A stretch of DNA of 64,000 nucleotides, from the NCBI GenBank assembly GCA_050288705.1, contig JBNKEI010000111.1:5872-69871 (forward strand). The letters are read 5' to 3'. The notes beneath the pieces were generated by a model, which was given only the letters and a program-made list of their open reading frames with translations, did not search any database and was not told the origin of the DNA. Source of the stretch: Myxococcales bacterium (GTDB lineage Bacteria; Myxococcota; Myxococcia; Myxococcales; UBA5297). Each line of letters opens with the position of its first letter. The first letter of the stretch is position 1. The translations under genes and the position numbers were made by a program. Positions 25,909 through 34,201 of the stretch are shown in pieces.

Positions 25909-26002
25909 GGCAAACCCCCGAAATTTGATAATGGGAAAGATGTCCATGTTAATGACGCAAAAAGAAGAACAAGTCAATGTGGCAAATATACGACTAACGT
26001 AC

Positions 26003-27112
26003 CTATAGTGGGAACAAGATCTCAATAATAGTTCCCTGATCTGGTTTGCTATTTAGTTCCACTTTTCCATTGTAAAGCGATACTACTTTGCTAACGGTAG
26101 AAAGTCCTAGTCCAGTACCGGGAATCATGCGCGTTTTCTCGTTCTTAATACGTACAAAATCTTGAAAAAGACGTTTGGTTTCTTCTTGATTCATGCCAAT
26201 GCCGGTGTCTTCTATTTGAATGGAAATGTGTGATTTGGTAGGTATTATGCGTACTATAACTTTTCCTCCTGGACGATTATATTTAACTGCATTAGTCAGT
26301 AGGTTGGAAAAAATGAGTTCAATTTCCACTCGATCAGCATTCATGAAAACCGAATCGGCATGAATTTCTAAACTAACTTGTTCGCGATTGGCTTGAGAGC
26401 GCACTAACTCCAACGAATTTTTTGCAATTTCAAAAAGATCTAGAGAAACTAGTTCCCGTTTGCGTTGTCCAGATTCCACTCGCGTCAAATCGAGAAGGTC
26501 GTTAATTAGCTGGCGCATAGCCAAAAGTCGGGTGATGCTACGGTCAATCATAAGGTCATAAGATTGTAAATCGACTCCCAGAGATCGTGCTTGCATGGCC
26601 AGCAAGTAGCCTTCCACCGCGGCCAAAGGGGCTTTTAATTCGTGAGCGAGAACCGAGACAAATTGAAAGCGTATACGTTTTTTTTCTTCCGCGTGACGCT
26701 TGGCTTGTTGCTGAAGGGCAACATGCCTGCTGGCTTTGTGAACGGTTGCGCGCAATTCATCAGGGGTAAACGGCTTGGCAAGAAAATCGAACGCCCCTTG
26801 TTTGGTGGCTAGCACTGCGGTTTCTAGCGTGGCGTAGGCGGTTATCATAACCGTCAGGGCTTCCGGCGAGGAGGAAGAGAGCCGCTCCAAAACTTCTAGA
26901 CCTGATAAGCCAGGCAGCTTGTAATCCAAAAGAACAATGTCCGGTGAAAAGGAAGATATTTTTTGAAGGGCAACTTCTCCTGACTCCGCTTGATCAACCA
27001 CAAATTGAAGTTGACCTTCTTGCATTGGTAAAACCAACCGTTCCAGCAATCTGGTGACGCTTAGCCGCATACCTAGCTCGTCGTCTACCACCAGCACGCG
27101 TAAGGATTCCAT
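26003..27112 (-). CDS. Hybrid receiver-histidine kinase (REC-HisKA-HATPase_c)
   Basis: REC domain (VLVVDDE...LLDYKLPG...AKPF), H-box VSVLAHELKAPLAAVEG, N-box NLLTNAVKY, G-boxes EDTGIGM / GTGLGL. Confidence 0.85.
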   Translation of the reverse strand: MESLRVLVVDDELGMRLSVTRLLERLVLPMQEGQLQFVVDQAESGEVALQKISSFSPDIVLLDYKLPGLSGLEVLERLSSSSPEALTVMITAYATLETAVLATKQGAFDFLAKPFTPDELRATVHKASRHVALQQQAKRHAEEKKRIRFQFVSVLAHELKAPLAAVEGYLLAMQARSLGVDLQSYDLMIDRSITRLLAMRQLINDLLDLTRVESGQRKRELVSLDLFEIAKNSLELVRSQANREQVSLEIHADSVFMNADRVEIELIFSNLLTNAVKYNRPGGKVIVRIIPTKSHISIQIEDTGIGMNQEETKRLFQDFVRIKNEKTRMIPGTGLGLSTVSKVVSLYNGKVELNSKPDQGTIIEILFPL

Positions 27113-27147
27113 GGCTAACGCCCACTCCCATGAGGCAGGGCTTAATT

Positions 27148-27558
27148 CTAAGAATTAAGTAGCCTTCCAATTTCTTTGCGAATCTGTTCGGAGCGCAATG
27201 GTTTCGCCAAGATTGCATCGGCCTTAATCCAGGCGCGTCCAGGGCTGGCTTCAAAATCAATTCCAGTCTCGTTAGTAACGGAAGTAACCAAGATAACCGG
27301 AGTTTTTGGATTCTTCTTTTTTACTCGATGGCATAAAACAAAGCCCGCGTCCATGTACTCCATCATCAAATCGGCAACTACGAGATCGGGCGTATTTTGG
27401 GCAAGTGCCTCATCAGCCTCGCGCAAACTCGATGCGCACAAAACCTGAAATCCGCAAGCTTTCAAATGCATTTGGGTTTGCAGCAAGAAATCGGGATCGT
27501 CATCGACAACCAGAATAGTTTTTGAAGTAACAGCCGCTTTTTCTGGGGAAGTGCTCAT
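27148..27558 (-). CDS. Single-domain response regulator (receiver only)
   Basis: ILVVDDDPD...VVADLMME...AKP. 136 aa, with no output domain. Confidence 0.85.
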   Translation of the reverse strand: MSTSPEKAAVTSKTILVVDDDPDFLLQTQMHLKACGFQVLCASSLREADEALAQNTPDLVVADLMMEYMDAGFVLCHRVKKKNPKTPVILVTSVTNETGIDFEASPGRAWIKADAILAKPLRSEQIRKEIGRLLNS

Positions 27559-27568
27559 TTTGCAATCC

Positions 27569-29563
27569 TCATTGGGTGGGACGACGCGGTAATTTTATGG
27601 TGAAAGTGGTGCCGGTGGGCCCTTGTGAGGGGTCGGCATTGGATTGAACTTGAATATCTCCATGATGCATCTTGATGATGCCGTACGAGACGGGCAAGCC
27701 AAGGCCCGTACCCCGCCCCATAGGTTTGGTGGTGTAAAATGGCTCGAAAATGCGACCCAGGTTCTGGGCAGGAATGCCGGTCCCTTGATCGCGGATTTTT
27801 ATGCAAACCTGTTTCTCATCTCCAGATGTCTGTATGAACACCTTACCTGGAGAAGGGGTGGCATCGTAGGCGTTAGAAAGCAAATTGATAATAACTTGTG
27901 CTATTTGATCGCGATCAAGCTCGGCAATGGGATTTCCTTCATGGCAAATTTCTACCATTAGATGGGAAGGAATAGGTATTGCTCCCACGCTTCTGTTGAT
28001 CAATTCTCGCAAATCCAATGCCTGGGGTACTACCGTATTTTGACGAGCAAAGTTTAGTAATCCAGCAACAATACGTTTGCAGCGATTAGTTTGCTCGGCA
28101 ATCATGGTCAAATCGTCGCGCATAGAGTGGTCTGCGGATATTTCTTCTAGTAACAAATGAGAATACATCAGTACTACCCCCAAGGGGTTGTTCACCTCGT
28201 GGGCAATGCCCGCAGCCAATTGACCCATGCTAGCCAGCCGCTCTGCATGCATAAGCGCTTCTTGCGCGGAAGCCAGTTTTTCATGAGAAATGGCCAGTTC
28301 CTGAAGAGTTTTCCGAAGATGTTCAATGGCATAAGGAAGGCACATTTCCAGTTCGGCAAGTCCAGAAAAAATAGCCTTGGCATGCTCGCGACAAGTTTCG
28401 TAGCCACATGCACCACAGTTGAGTTCGTCTTGTTGAGTAGCCTTACCCATTCTCAACAGTATTTCTGCTAGCACTTCGTCATTTGGTTCGCTTAAGCGTT
28501 GATCGTAAGTAACAAACGACCGTCTAAGGTTAAGATCGGTGAACTGGTCCATTTGTTGTAGCCAGAACTCTATTTCCGAACTGGGTCGTCCCCGAACATA
28601 AGCAACCACGCTAGTGTGCCGGGAAAAGCGGGAATGGGCGGTAGACATACCCGGACCCATAATGCATCCTTTGCAAGCTAGCACTTCCACTAGAGGAAAA
28701 CTCAATAAGCCTCTTTCCAATTCGTCGAGTGCTTCAAACCCACCTATACGTCCTTCCGAAGCTATGGCTTTAAGGGAAGACAATCCTTGATCGATTTGGG
28801 CAACTTCCAAAAGTCCGTGGCTTAAAGGAAAAAGCGCCCCCTTTTGAGCTCGCGGTGGATCGAAATCACTCGGAATTACCAAACTGGGAGTCAACCTTTG
28901 TTGCTCCAACATTTTGCGCAATTCCACAAAGGTAAGAACAGCATCAACTTCGCCGATCACCGATTTGCTTTGAGCCTCGCGTTTTTTTGCAATGCACGGA
29001 CCAATAAAGACAACCTTGCGCTCCCCTTGGTAAAGCCGTTTTAAATATCTGGCTATGGCTATCATGGGAGAAACAATGGGCGCCAGCAAGGGAACTAAAC
29101 TAGGCTGATAGCGCTCTACGTATCCAATAACCGCCGGGCAAGTAGTGGCAATCCAGTTGCCATTTCCCGGGGAGTTCAATAGCGCTTGGTATTCGCGGGC
29201 AACTAAATCCGCACCGAATCCCACTTCGTGAACTGAACGAAAACCCAACCTGCGCAGCATTCCTACAAGTTGTTCGCTGGTAGTTTCGGGAAACTCGGCA
29301 GGAAAGCTAGGAGCCAAGCATGCGCACACTGAATACTTGCTAATAAGTTGGTTTACTTCATCTATGCTATGGCGGAATCTTTTGGCTCTTTGACTACAAA
29401 TCTGAACACAATTTCCGCAGCCAATGCACCGTTCTTCTATTACTTCTGCCTGGCCGCCTTTTATACGAATTGCCTTGGCCGGACACTCGCGAACACATGT
29501 GTAGCAAACCCTACAGCGTTCTTTAATCGTTTCGATCAAAGGATGGCCGACCAAGGGATTCAC
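27569..29563 (-). CDS. [FeFe]-hydrogenase-like sensory domain fused to histidine kinase (HydS-type, kinase-linked)
   Basis: Two ferredoxin motifs (CRVCYTCVRECP, CIGCGNCVQICS). H-cluster-like motifs ATTCP (L1 variant), GPCIAKKRE (L2), EVLACKGCIMGPG (L3). A Cys-rich CGACGYETC segment. Then H-box AAGIAHEVNNPLG, N-box LLSNAYDA, DQGTGI and GTGLGL. The GTG start abuts the hydA stop (TAAGTG). Confidence 0.75.
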   Translation of the reverse strand: MNPLVGHPLIETIKERCRVCYTCVRECPAKAIRIKGGQAEVIEERCIGCGNCVQICSQRAKRFRHSIDEVNQLISKYSVCACLAPSFPAEFPETTSEQLVGMLRRLGFRSVHEVGFGADLVAREYQALLNSPGNGNWIATTCPAVIGYVERYQPSLVPLLAPIVSPMIAIARYLKRLYQGERKVVFIGPCIAKKREAQSKSVIGEVDAVLTFVELRKMLEQQRLTPSLVIPSDFDPPRAQKGALFPLSHGLLEVAQIDQGLSSLKAIASEGRIGGFEALDELERGLLSFPLVEVLACKGCIMGPGMSTAHSRFSRHTSVVAYVRGRPSSEIEFWLQQMDQFTDLNLRRSFVTYDQRLSEPNDEVLAEILLRMGKATQQDELNCGACGYETCREHAKAIFSGLAELEMCLPYAIEHLRKTLQELAISHEKLASAQEALMHAERLASMGQLAAGIAHEVNNPLGVVLMYSHLLLEEISADHSMRDDLTMIAEQTNRCKRIVAGLLNFARQNTVVPQALDLRELINRSVGAIPIPSHLMVEICHEGNPIAELDRDQIAQVIINLLSNAYDATPSPGKVFIQTSGDEKQVCIKIRDQGTGIPAQNLGRIFEPFYTTKPMGRGTGLGLPVSYGIIKMHHGDIQVQSNADPSQGPTGTTFTIKLPRRPTQ

Positions 29564-31285
29564 TTACTGATTCACCTTCCGGGGGCCGTAGTGGGTATGT
29601 AGCAATTGGTGGCTTTTTTCGCCCAAAGGCTCTCCCAGAAATTCTTTGTACAGCCGTTGAACTTCGGTGTTGGAATGAGAAGTCCGCGAAGTGTCTTCTT
29701 GATCGATTTTGTACAGAGCGTTCATTCGCGCTCGGACGGCTTCCATATCAATTACCAAGGGTTGCCCACCTCCGGCGATACATCCCCCCGGACAAGTCAT
29801 TATTTCTATAAATTGATAGGGGCTTTTTCCGGCGCGAATCTCGTCAAGAATTGGCTTTGCATTACCAATACCGCTTATTACCACAGCCTTAAGCTTCAAA
29901 TCGCCAACCTTGAGCTCGGCTTCTTTAACCCCGGTTAGTCCCCGAAGTGGTTGCAGTTTGGGAGCATTTAACTCTTCCCCAGTCAACATAAAATGGGCGG
30001 TACGGATAGCAGCTTCCATGACACCCCCTGTAGCTCCGAAAAGCTTACCGGCGCTACTTCTTTCACCAAAAGGAGAATCTGCTAACTCTGGTTCCAGGGA
30101 GGAAAGGTCAATGCCTCGCGACTTAATAAGACGCGCTAATTCTCGCGTAGTCAAAACCACATCTACGTCGGCATGCTCACGGCGAGCCATTTCGGGACGG
30201 TTTGCTTCAAATTTCTTGGCAGTGCAGGGCATTACCGAGACGCTGAAAATCTTTTCTGGCGCCAAGTTCTGCTTCTCTGCAAAGAAACTTTTGATTAATG
30301 CTCCTAGCATTTGCTGAGGGCTTTTGCATGTAGAGACATTGCCTAGCAAATCAGGGTAACTCTGCTCTACGAATTTAATCCAACCGGGGGAACAGCTAGT
30401 AATCATGGGTAGCTTTCCACCAGTTTTCAGGCGTTGCACCAATTCCGAAACCTCTTCCATAATGGTGAGGTCGGCAGAAAAGCCAGTATCAAATACGTAG
30501 TCGATTCCCAATCGGCGCATTGCAGCATTAAGAAGCCCGGCAACGTCAACACCCGGTTTTACGCCGAACAGTTCACCTAGGGTAACCGAAACTGCCGGCG
30601 CAATTTGAACCACTACCTTAATTTCGGGATCATTTATGGCTTTTAGCAGGTTGCGAAACTGGCTTTGTTCGGTAAGCGCGCCAGTGGGGCAAGCCATGAT
30701 GCACTGACCGCAGCCAATGCAACTAGAGACATTAAGTCCTTCCTGAAAAACAGTGCCAATTTGAGTACGCGCACCCCGTCCAACAAAATCCAGCGCTGCT
30801 ACTCCTTGAATCTCCTCGCAAACGCGAACGCACCGACCACACAATATGCACTTGGCAGGGTCGCGAACTACCGAAGGACTAGAAGTGTCCATTAGACACT
30901 CGTTTTTAGTTCCCGAGTAGCGTCTTTGACGAACATTCAAATTTTCCGCCAGCTCCTGAAGCTGACAGTTTCCACTACGAGAGCAGAAAAGACAGTCGTC
31001 AGGGTGGTTGGATAGAAGAAGCTCGACTATTACCTTCCGGGCCATAACTGCTCGTTCCGAGTGCGTTTTTACCTTCATTCCCTCGCGAACAGGAAATGCA
31101 CAACTAGGAACCAAATTGGGAACACCCTCCACCTCTACTACGCACAAACGGCAAGCACCAGTTGGGAAGAGGTCTGGCATATTGCATAACGTAGGAACAT
31201 GAACTCCTGCGCGGCGTAGAGTGGTGAGAAGGGTTTCCCCGGCCTCAGCATCAACCATTTTGTTATTGACTTGGATCTGGAACAC
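29564..31285 (-). CDS. hydA: [FeFe] hydrogenase catalytic subunit (HydA/HndD-type, multi-cluster)
   Basis: N-terminal 2Fe-2S, HPDDCLFCSRSGNC, and two 4Fe-4S motifs. H-cluster motifs are TSCSPGW (L1 variant), MPCTAKKFEA and EIMTCPGGCIAGGGQP. Start reassigned to the GTG at 31285 (VFQIQVNNKMV), with a GAGAGG RBS 5 nt upstream and 11 nt after the hydB stop. Confidence 0.85.
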   Translation of the reverse strand: MFQIQVNNKMVDAEAGETLLTTLRRAGVHVPTLCNMPDLFPTGACRLCVVEVEGVPNLVPSCAFPVREGMKVKTHSERAVMARKVIVELLLSNHPDDCLFCSRSGNCQLQELAENLNVRQRRYSGTKNECLMDTSSPSVVRDPAKCILCGRCVRVCEEIQGVAALDFVGRGARTQIGTVFQEGLNVSSCIGCGQCIMACPTGALTEQSQFRNLLKAINDPEIKVVVQIAPAVSVTLGELFGVKPGVDVAGLLNAAMRRLGIDYVFDTGFSADLTIMEEVSELVQRLKTGGKLPMITSCSPGWIKFVEQSYPDLLGNVSTCKSPQQMLGALIKSFFAEKQNLAPEKIFSVSVMPCTAKKFEANRPEMARREHADVDVVLTTRELARLIKSRGIDLSSLEPELADSPFGERSSAGKLFGATGGVMEAAIRTAHFMLTGEELNAPKLQPLRGLTGVKEAELKVGDLKLKAVVISGIGNAKPILDEIRAGKSPYQFIEIMTCPGGCIAGGGQPLVIDMEAVRARMNALYKIDQEDTSRTSHSNTEVQRLYKEFLGEPLGEKSHQLLHTHYGPRKVNQ

Positions 31286-31296
31286 GGGAGCCTCTC

Positions 31297-33315
31297 TTAG
31301 ACTGCGAGTACTGCCTCGAGTCGGCAGACTTCGAGACATGTGCCACAGGCAACGCATTTTTTCTGGATTATCTGGTGAGGCTGTTTCGGTGATCCTATAA
31401 TTGCTTGGGTTGGGCATGCTTTCACGCATAGACCACATCCCTTGCAATTTTCAGGGTCAATGGTGTAACGCAGCATCTCTTTGCAGACTCCCGCAGGACA
31501 GCGCCGCTCGAAAATATGGGCTTCGTATTCGTCGCGAAAGTAGCGCAGAGTCGATAGCACCGGGTTTGGCGCGGATTGCCCCAAACCGCATAGACTAGTG
31601 TCGCGGATAACCGTGGCCAGTCGCTGTAAAAGCATTACTCCTTGAAAACGAAGCAACGAATCATGCCCTGTTTCCTTGCGCCGGCCCTCGCTTATACGGG
31701 TGAGTATTTCTAGCATTCGGCGAGTTCCCTCGCGGCACGGAATGCATTTTCCACACGATTCCCGGCCAATGAAGTCCATAAAAAACTTGGCCATGTTAAT
31801 CATGCAGGTGCGCTCATCCATTACCACTAAACCGCCGGAGCCCATTATGGCGCCAACGTGCTTCATGGATTCATAATCGATAGGAAGGTCCAGATGCTCT
31901 GAAGGCAAGCAGCCTCCCGAAGGACCGCCAATTTGCACTGCCTTAAAGGCCCGGTTATTAGGTATGCCTCCTCCTATATCGTAAATAACCCTGCGCAAAC
32001 TGGTTCCTAAAGCAACTTCTGCAAGGCCGGTTCGGGTTATGTTTCCCGAAAGAGCAAATACTTTAGTTCCCTTGCTCTTTTCCGTACCTATGGAAGAAAA
32101 CCATTCCGCCCCCTTATCCACAATAGAAGGAACGTTAAAAAGGGTTTCTACATTGTTTACTGCCGAAGGCTTTCCAAAAAGACCACGCACCGATGGATAC
32201 GGGGGTCGAGGTCGAGGCATTCCGCGCCTTCCCTCAATGCTATGCATAAGTGCGGTTTCTTCACCACACACAAAGGCTCCAGCTCCCTGTTTCATCAAGA
32301 TGTCTAAGGAAAATCCCGAATCGAGAATATTTTCGCCCAGCAATCCGTAGGCTTTTGCTTGGGCAATAGCAGCGTGTAGGCGCCGAACCGCCAAAGGATA
32401 TTCCGCGCGAATGTAAATGTAGGCTTTAGAAGCCCCGATAGCATATGCCGCCAGGGCGAGACCTTCTAGAAGACGATGAGGGTCACCCTCAATTTCGGCG
32501 CGATTCATAAAAGCACCGGGGTCTCCCTCGTCAGCGTTACAAATAAGATAGCGTTGGTCGCTTTCTTCTTGGGCAGCAAGATTCCATTTTACGCCGGTAA
32601 GAAAACCTCCTCCGCCTCTTCCTCTTAGTCCGCTAGCAATTACCAAGTCGCGAACTTCTTGAGGGGTTTTGATACGCAGAGTCTGAGCGAATGCCTTCCA
32701 ACCGCCGCGAGCAATGTATTCATCCAAATTGGTGGGATCGATAATTCCGCAGTTAACCAGTACCCAGCGAGTTTGGGGAGCGAAAAACGGATGTTGGTCT
32801 TGAAAAAGTACACCTTCCCAAGGGGTGTACGAAGAATCGCGCATCTGGTAAAGCACGTGCTCGAATCTGATTGACCCAGCCAAGGTGGAATCAATAATGG
32901 TTGGGGCTAGCTCGGCGCTGATTTTGCCAAAACTAAGTCGGGTTTTACCGGGGAGCTGAATATCAACCATCGGCTCCGCTGTACACAAACCAATACACCC
33001 AACTTCAACTACCTCGGCATCAATCTTTTTTTGCGAAACGTGTTCTTTAACTGCTGCAAGCGTTTTACCGGCGCCAGCGCCAAGACCACAGCTTCCAGTG
33101 CCGACATAGATTACTGGGCGGCTTAGCTCTTCTCGTCGAAGTGTCCGAGCGCGTTGGCGTATTTGCTGACTGCAAGAATCATCAGCATGGCAATGAGGGC
33201 CTTCGGTAAAACAGGTTATTACCTCAGGGCAAGATTTCTCTGCGCTGTGCCAGCAGCGATCACAGCATTTTGGAATTGAATTCAACGGATCTCCTCCGAA
33301 TTGGGCATTGCTCAC
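31297..33315 (-). CDS. hydB: NuoF-like flavoprotein subunit of bifurcating-type hydrogenase (HydB/HndC)
   Basis: Thioredoxin-like 2Fe-2S domain (GSCGLGAGA...CIGLC), FMN/NADH site GRGGGGF, CGKCIPCREG, and C-terminal 2x[4Fe-4S] (CKGCGLCVKACP, CVACGTCLEVC). The GTG start overlaps the hydC stop (GTGA). Confidence 0.85.
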   Translation of the reverse strand: MSNAQFGGDPLNSIPKCCDRCWHSAEKSCPEVITCFTEGPHCHADDSCSQQIRQRARTLRREELSRPVIYVGTGSCGLGAGAGKTLAAVKEHVSQKKIDAEVVEVGCIGLCTAEPMVDIQLPGKTRLSFGKISAELAPTIIDSTLAGSIRFEHVLYQMRDSSYTPWEGVLFQDQHPFFAPQTRWVLVNCGIIDPTNLDEYIARGGWKAFAQTLRIKTPQEVRDLVIASGLRGRGGGGFLTGVKWNLAAQEESDQRYLICNADEGDPGAFMNRAEIEGDPHRLLEGLALAAYAIGASKAYIYIRAEYPLAVRRLHAAIAQAKAYGLLGENILDSGFSLDILMKQGAGAFVCGEETALMHSIEGRRGMPRPRPPYPSVRGLFGKPSAVNNVETLFNVPSIVDKGAEWFSSIGTEKSKGTKVFALSGNITRTGLAEVALGTSLRRVIYDIGGGIPNNRAFKAVQIGGPSGGCLPSEHLDLPIDYESMKHVGAIMGSGGLVVMDERTCMINMAKFFMDFIGRESCGKCIPCREGTRRMLEILTRISEGRRKETGHDSLLRFQGVMLLQRLATVIRDTSLCGLGQSAPNPVLSTLRYFRDEYEAHIFERRCPAGVCKEMLRYTIDPENCKGCGLCVKACPTQAIIGSPKQPHQIIQKKCVACGTCLEVCRLEAVLAV

Positions 33316-33815
33316 GGGGTGGCCTTTTTTCGATATCCTTGAAGAATAGTGGGAACTTTTTCCGGTCCCACGTTGGTATGAAATTCGCCAGCCACCGTAA
33401 TGACTGGCGCCAAACCGCAAGCTCCGATACACGCCACTACTTCCAAGCTAAACAGCCCATCTCTGGTAGTTTGACCAGGAGCAATTTTTAGGGTTCGACT
33501 AATGGCAGCCAACACATTTTCTGAACCCTTAACATGGCAAGCAGTTCCTCGGCACACCTGAATATGGTAGCGGCCCTGAGCTTGAAATCGAAATTGATTG
33601 TAAAAAGTAGCGACTCCAAAAACTTTGCTAGCCGGAAGATTTAAGTGCTGTGCAATGGCGACTATTGATTCTCGCGAAAGAAACCCCTCTGCCTCTTGAG
33701 TGGCTTGTAAAATGGGGATTAAGTGTTCGCGTTTTGGGCTAGCGTACTGCTCTAAAATCGCCGATAGCTTAGGGCTTATCGGACTAGTTTTGGTATCTTC
33801 AACGGGAATGGACAT
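33312..33815 (-). CDS. hydC: NuoE-like 2Fe-2S subunit (HydC/HndA)
   Basis: Pattern CRGTACHV...ACIGACGLAP, typical of NuoE/HoxE thioredoxin-like ferredoxins. Confidence 0.85.
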   Translation of the reverse strand: MSIPVEDTKTSPISPKLSAILEQYASPKREHLIPILQATQEAEGFLSRESIVAIAQHLNLPASKVFGVATFYNQFRFQAQGRYHIQVCRGTACHVKGSENVLAAISRTLKIAPGQTTRDGLFSLEVVACIGACGLAPVITVAGEFHTNVGPEKVPTILQGYRKKATP

Positions 33816-33824
33816 CCACTCCTC

Positions 33825-34031
33825 CTAGCTTGATAGGGCTGATTTGTTCGGAGTTTTTTGATGGTACGGCAAGCGCAAACGGCCGAGATCGCGACGCACT
33901 CGTGTCGCTCTGACTAAAGACCAAGACGCTAGTTGGTGAGAATAAATCGACATTTTTCCGGCTAGCTGGAAGCGGTGCAGTGCTCTCCGGTAAATAAACA
34001 TCCTTCCAATGGATTTATTCGATGCAACCAT
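33825..34031 (-). CDS. Rex-like winged-helix DNA-binding domain only (truncated redox-sensing repressor)
   Basis: SIGRMFIYRRALHRFQLAGKMSIYSHQLASWSLVRATRVRRDLGRLRL parallels the Rex N-domain (RL..Y.R.L......SS..La......a.qvRkDls.fG). The ORF stops after 68 aa, 9 nt before hydC, so there is no room for the NADH-binding Rossmann domain. Confidence 0.5.
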   Translation of the reverse strand: MVASNKSIGRMFIYRRALHRFQLAGKMSIYSHQLASWSLVRATRVRRDLGRLRLPYHQKTPNKSALSS

Positions 34032-34201
34032 GTCGCTTCATCCAGAAGGTTTACCAAACAGCTTGAATGTGTATGTCAGGATCGCATCGTTTACTGAGTT
34101 TCGAGCTAAGCACATCTTACTCTTGAGTCAAGAAAAATAGAACGGGGTTGGTTTTGCTCAGTGCGGCAAACGAGGCAATTTAAACACGGGAGAACACGCA
34201 A

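Noticed and set aside
31286-31447. ORF-track N-terminal extension of hydA (start at 31447). The same applies to hydB (33432), coaE (19304), trpS (22463), argD (47015), nadA (56417), rnr (36153), the M91-like gene (22364) and the HAMP kinase (62555).
   Set aside because: The extensions overlap the upstream gene or a divergent gene and add non-homologous residues. Internal starts give canonical N-termini and typical coupling junctions (GTGA, ATGA, TAATG) or an RBS.
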